A stretch of 64,000 nt of DNA from positions 248,001-312,000 of the forward strand of contig CDROCS010001101.1 in assembly GCA_977020255.1 (NCBI GenBank), given 5' to 3'. Below, piece after piece: positions 62,504-64,000 of this stretch. The notes beneath the pieces are model-generated. The model was not told the DNA's origin. It saw only the letters and a list, made by a program, of their open reading frames with translations, and made no database searches. Position 1 is the first letter of the stretch. Each line of letters begins with the position of its first letter. Made by a program: the position numbers and the translations under genes. Origin of the DNA: Obrimoposthia wandeli (Eukaryota).

Positions 62504-62977
62504 GTGCAAAAAATAGCAGTGTTTGTTGACGTACAGAATATCTATTACACCACGCGTCAGAGTTATGGCCGTCAGTTTAATTATCGCAAGCTATGGCAGC
62601 ATTTATTGCTACAAGGCGATGTTGTCACGGCTTACGCTTATGCCATTGATCGCGGTGATGATCAACAACGAAAATTTCAAGACGCACTGAAACATATTGG
62701 CTTTGATGTAAAACTAAAGCCTTTTATCCAGCGTAGCGATGGCAGTGCCAAGGGTGATTGGGATGTAGGTATCACGATCGATGTATTACAAGTTGCAGAA
62801 TCCGTTGATACCGTTGTATTACTTTCAGGCGATGGTGACTTTGCAATCTTACTCGATACGATCAAAGCACGTCATCAAGTCAGAGCTGAAGTATATGGCG
62901 TACCGGCACTAACAGCGAATGCATTAATGAATAGTGCGACGGTGTTCAATCCAATTAATGAAGATTTTCTACTGTAG
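62504..62977 (+). CDS. NYN domain (LabA/DUF88) protein
   Basis: FVDVQNI; KGDWDVGITID; LSGDGDF. Confidence 0.9.
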   Translation: MQKIAVFVDVQNIYYTTRQSYGRQFNYRKLWQHLLLQGDVVTAYAYAIDRGDDQQRKFQDALKHIGFDVKLKPFIQRSDGSAKGDWDVGITIDVLQVAESVDTVVLLSGDGDFAILLDTIKARHQVRAEVYGVPALTANALMNSATVFNPINEDFLL

Positions 62978-63111
62978 GTTTTAAATTGTAGATTGCCATT
63001 AACGCAAGCATTACGGACCACATATAAGCGTATTACAGATTGTTAGATTCACGTTTTTTCTACAAATTGAATGTTAAATTGGCTATTTACACAACTCACA
63101 GTCTAAAAAAT

Positions 63112-63501
63112 ATGAATCACAAGTATGTTAAATTTGCGCTGGTCGGTGGTATGGGGTTTATCGTCGATTTGTTGGCGATGATATTATTTTCAACATTCCT
63201 CCCATTATTAAGCGCTCGATTACTCGCATTTTTTTTTGCCGTAAACAGTAACTGGCTTTTAAATCGCAGTTTCACATTTAAAACTCAACAAGAGAATAGT
63301 AACGGCAGTTTGATGCAAGAGTGGAGTAAGTTTCTATCTGCATCTTGCGTTGGCGCAATTCCAAATCTGCTTTGCTATTGGTTATTAGTTACTGGGCTGT
63401 CACTCACAGGTAATACCGCGATCATCGCGATTATTCCGGGTATTATATTTGGCATGCTCGTTAATTACTTACTGGCAGACCGTTGGGTATTTAGTAAGTA
63501 A
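63112..63501 (+). CDS. GtrA family membrane protein
   Basis: KFALVGGMGFIVD; NWLLNRSFTFK; VNYLLADRWVF; ATG at 63112 chosen. Confidence 0.88.
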   Translation: MNHKYVKFALVGGMGFIVDLLAMILFSTFLPLLSARLLAFFFAVNSNWLLNRSFTFKTQQENSNGSLMQEWSKFLSASCVGAIPNLLCYWLLVTGLSLTGNTAIIAIIPGIIFGMLVNYLLADRWVFSK

Positions 63502-63531
63502 TTAACTACTCTGACGGTATTATCAGTCGTA

Positions 63532-64000
63532 CTACAGAGATATAATGGCGCTACAGCCACCAGCGTCATTGTTTACCAGCTCAAATTGCCAGTTATATTT
63601 ACGGCAAATATCTCTAGTAATAAGTAATCCCAAGCCATGCCCTTCATCACCACGTTGCTTATGATAAAGGCCGCAGCCCGTGTCGTTCACTGAGATTGAT
63701 TGAGCATCAACAACAATATTGACCTCGCCAAGGCTTGTGCACCTAAACGCATTTTTTAATAAATTGCCCAATAAGAGCTTAAACGCAACTTCGGGCATTA
63801 TTATTTCAATATCCTGCTTTATCTCAATGTTAACAACAACAGGTTTGGTATTTAATAAGGCACTATGGGTATCAACAATTGCCATTATTTCTGCTTTACT
63901 GAGCTTGCGATGGGACAGTTCTAAATCTTTTTCAGATTTTGTTAAGGATAACAGCGCCTCTATAAAGTCATTCATTTCATTTGTAGCACTTTGTAAACGC
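63532..64000 (-). CDS. Sensor histidine kinase, C-terminal part (runs off window end)
   Basis: End of HisKA helix (RLQSATNEMNDFIEALL); N box LLGNLLKNA; G1 box NDTGCG; G2 box GHGLGL. Confidence 0.88.
   Translation of the reverse strand, partial: RLQSATNEMNDFIEALLSLTKSEKDLELSHRKLSKAEIMAIVDTHSALLNTKPVVVNIEIKQDIEIIMPEVAFKLLLGNLLKNAFRCTSLGEVNIVVDAQSISVNDTGCGLYHKQRGDEGHGLGLLITRDICRKYNWQFELVNNDAGGCSAIISL

Noticed and set aside
467-63975. Numerous short ORFs in the track that overlap longer genes (e.g. 2040-2348, 4113-4520, 22897-23265, 24330-24689, 29289-29645, 49109-49429)
   Set aside because: They are antisense or alternative-frame shadows of well-supported genes, with no motifs or RBS.
1-64000. 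CRISPR arrays, tRNA/rRNA genes, IS elements, integrases, prophage genes
   Set aside because: None recognised; all intergenic gaps are under 400 bp and contain no repeat-spacer pattern or cloverleaf.

Overview
A 64-kb chromosomal window from an AT-rich marine gammaproteobacterium. It resembles Moritella/Vibrionales, inferred from gene order and the long Vibrio-type PurC; this could not be verified. Housekeeping blocks: radA, yecH-ycgNM-lytic transglycosylase-ycgL, minCDE, rnd-fadD-tsaB-yoaA, purC, fdxA, an attenuated his operon, and regulator-cydABX-cydDC. Two surface/biofilm loci sit among them. The first is a Tad/Flp pilus cluster (20.2-33.2 kb) preceded by an L,D-transpeptidase paralog. The second is a vpsLMNO/cpsABCD-like Wzx/Wzy exopolysaccharide cluster (48.9-59.8 kb) next to ldtD-mepK. 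No rRNA, tRNA, CRISPR array, transposase or integrase was seen. Most notable observations: (1) the his operon lacks hisA, with hisH joined to hisF by a 1-nt gap; (2) the Tad locus encodes a third, uncharacterised AAA+ ATPase and lies directly behind a second, catalytically intact L,D-transpeptidase; (3) the two flp pilin genes arose from a 367-bp tandem duplication that left an internally deleted tadV relic; (4) the EPS cluster has priming transferase, flippase, polymerase, export genes, acyltransferase and a secreted beta-helix protein, but no elongating glycosyltransferase; (5) a perfect 24-bp operator palindrome and two FNR boxes lie at the cyd promoter; (6) a perfect 16-bp inverted repeat lies in the purC leader. 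All calls come from motif recognition by eye; no database searches were run.
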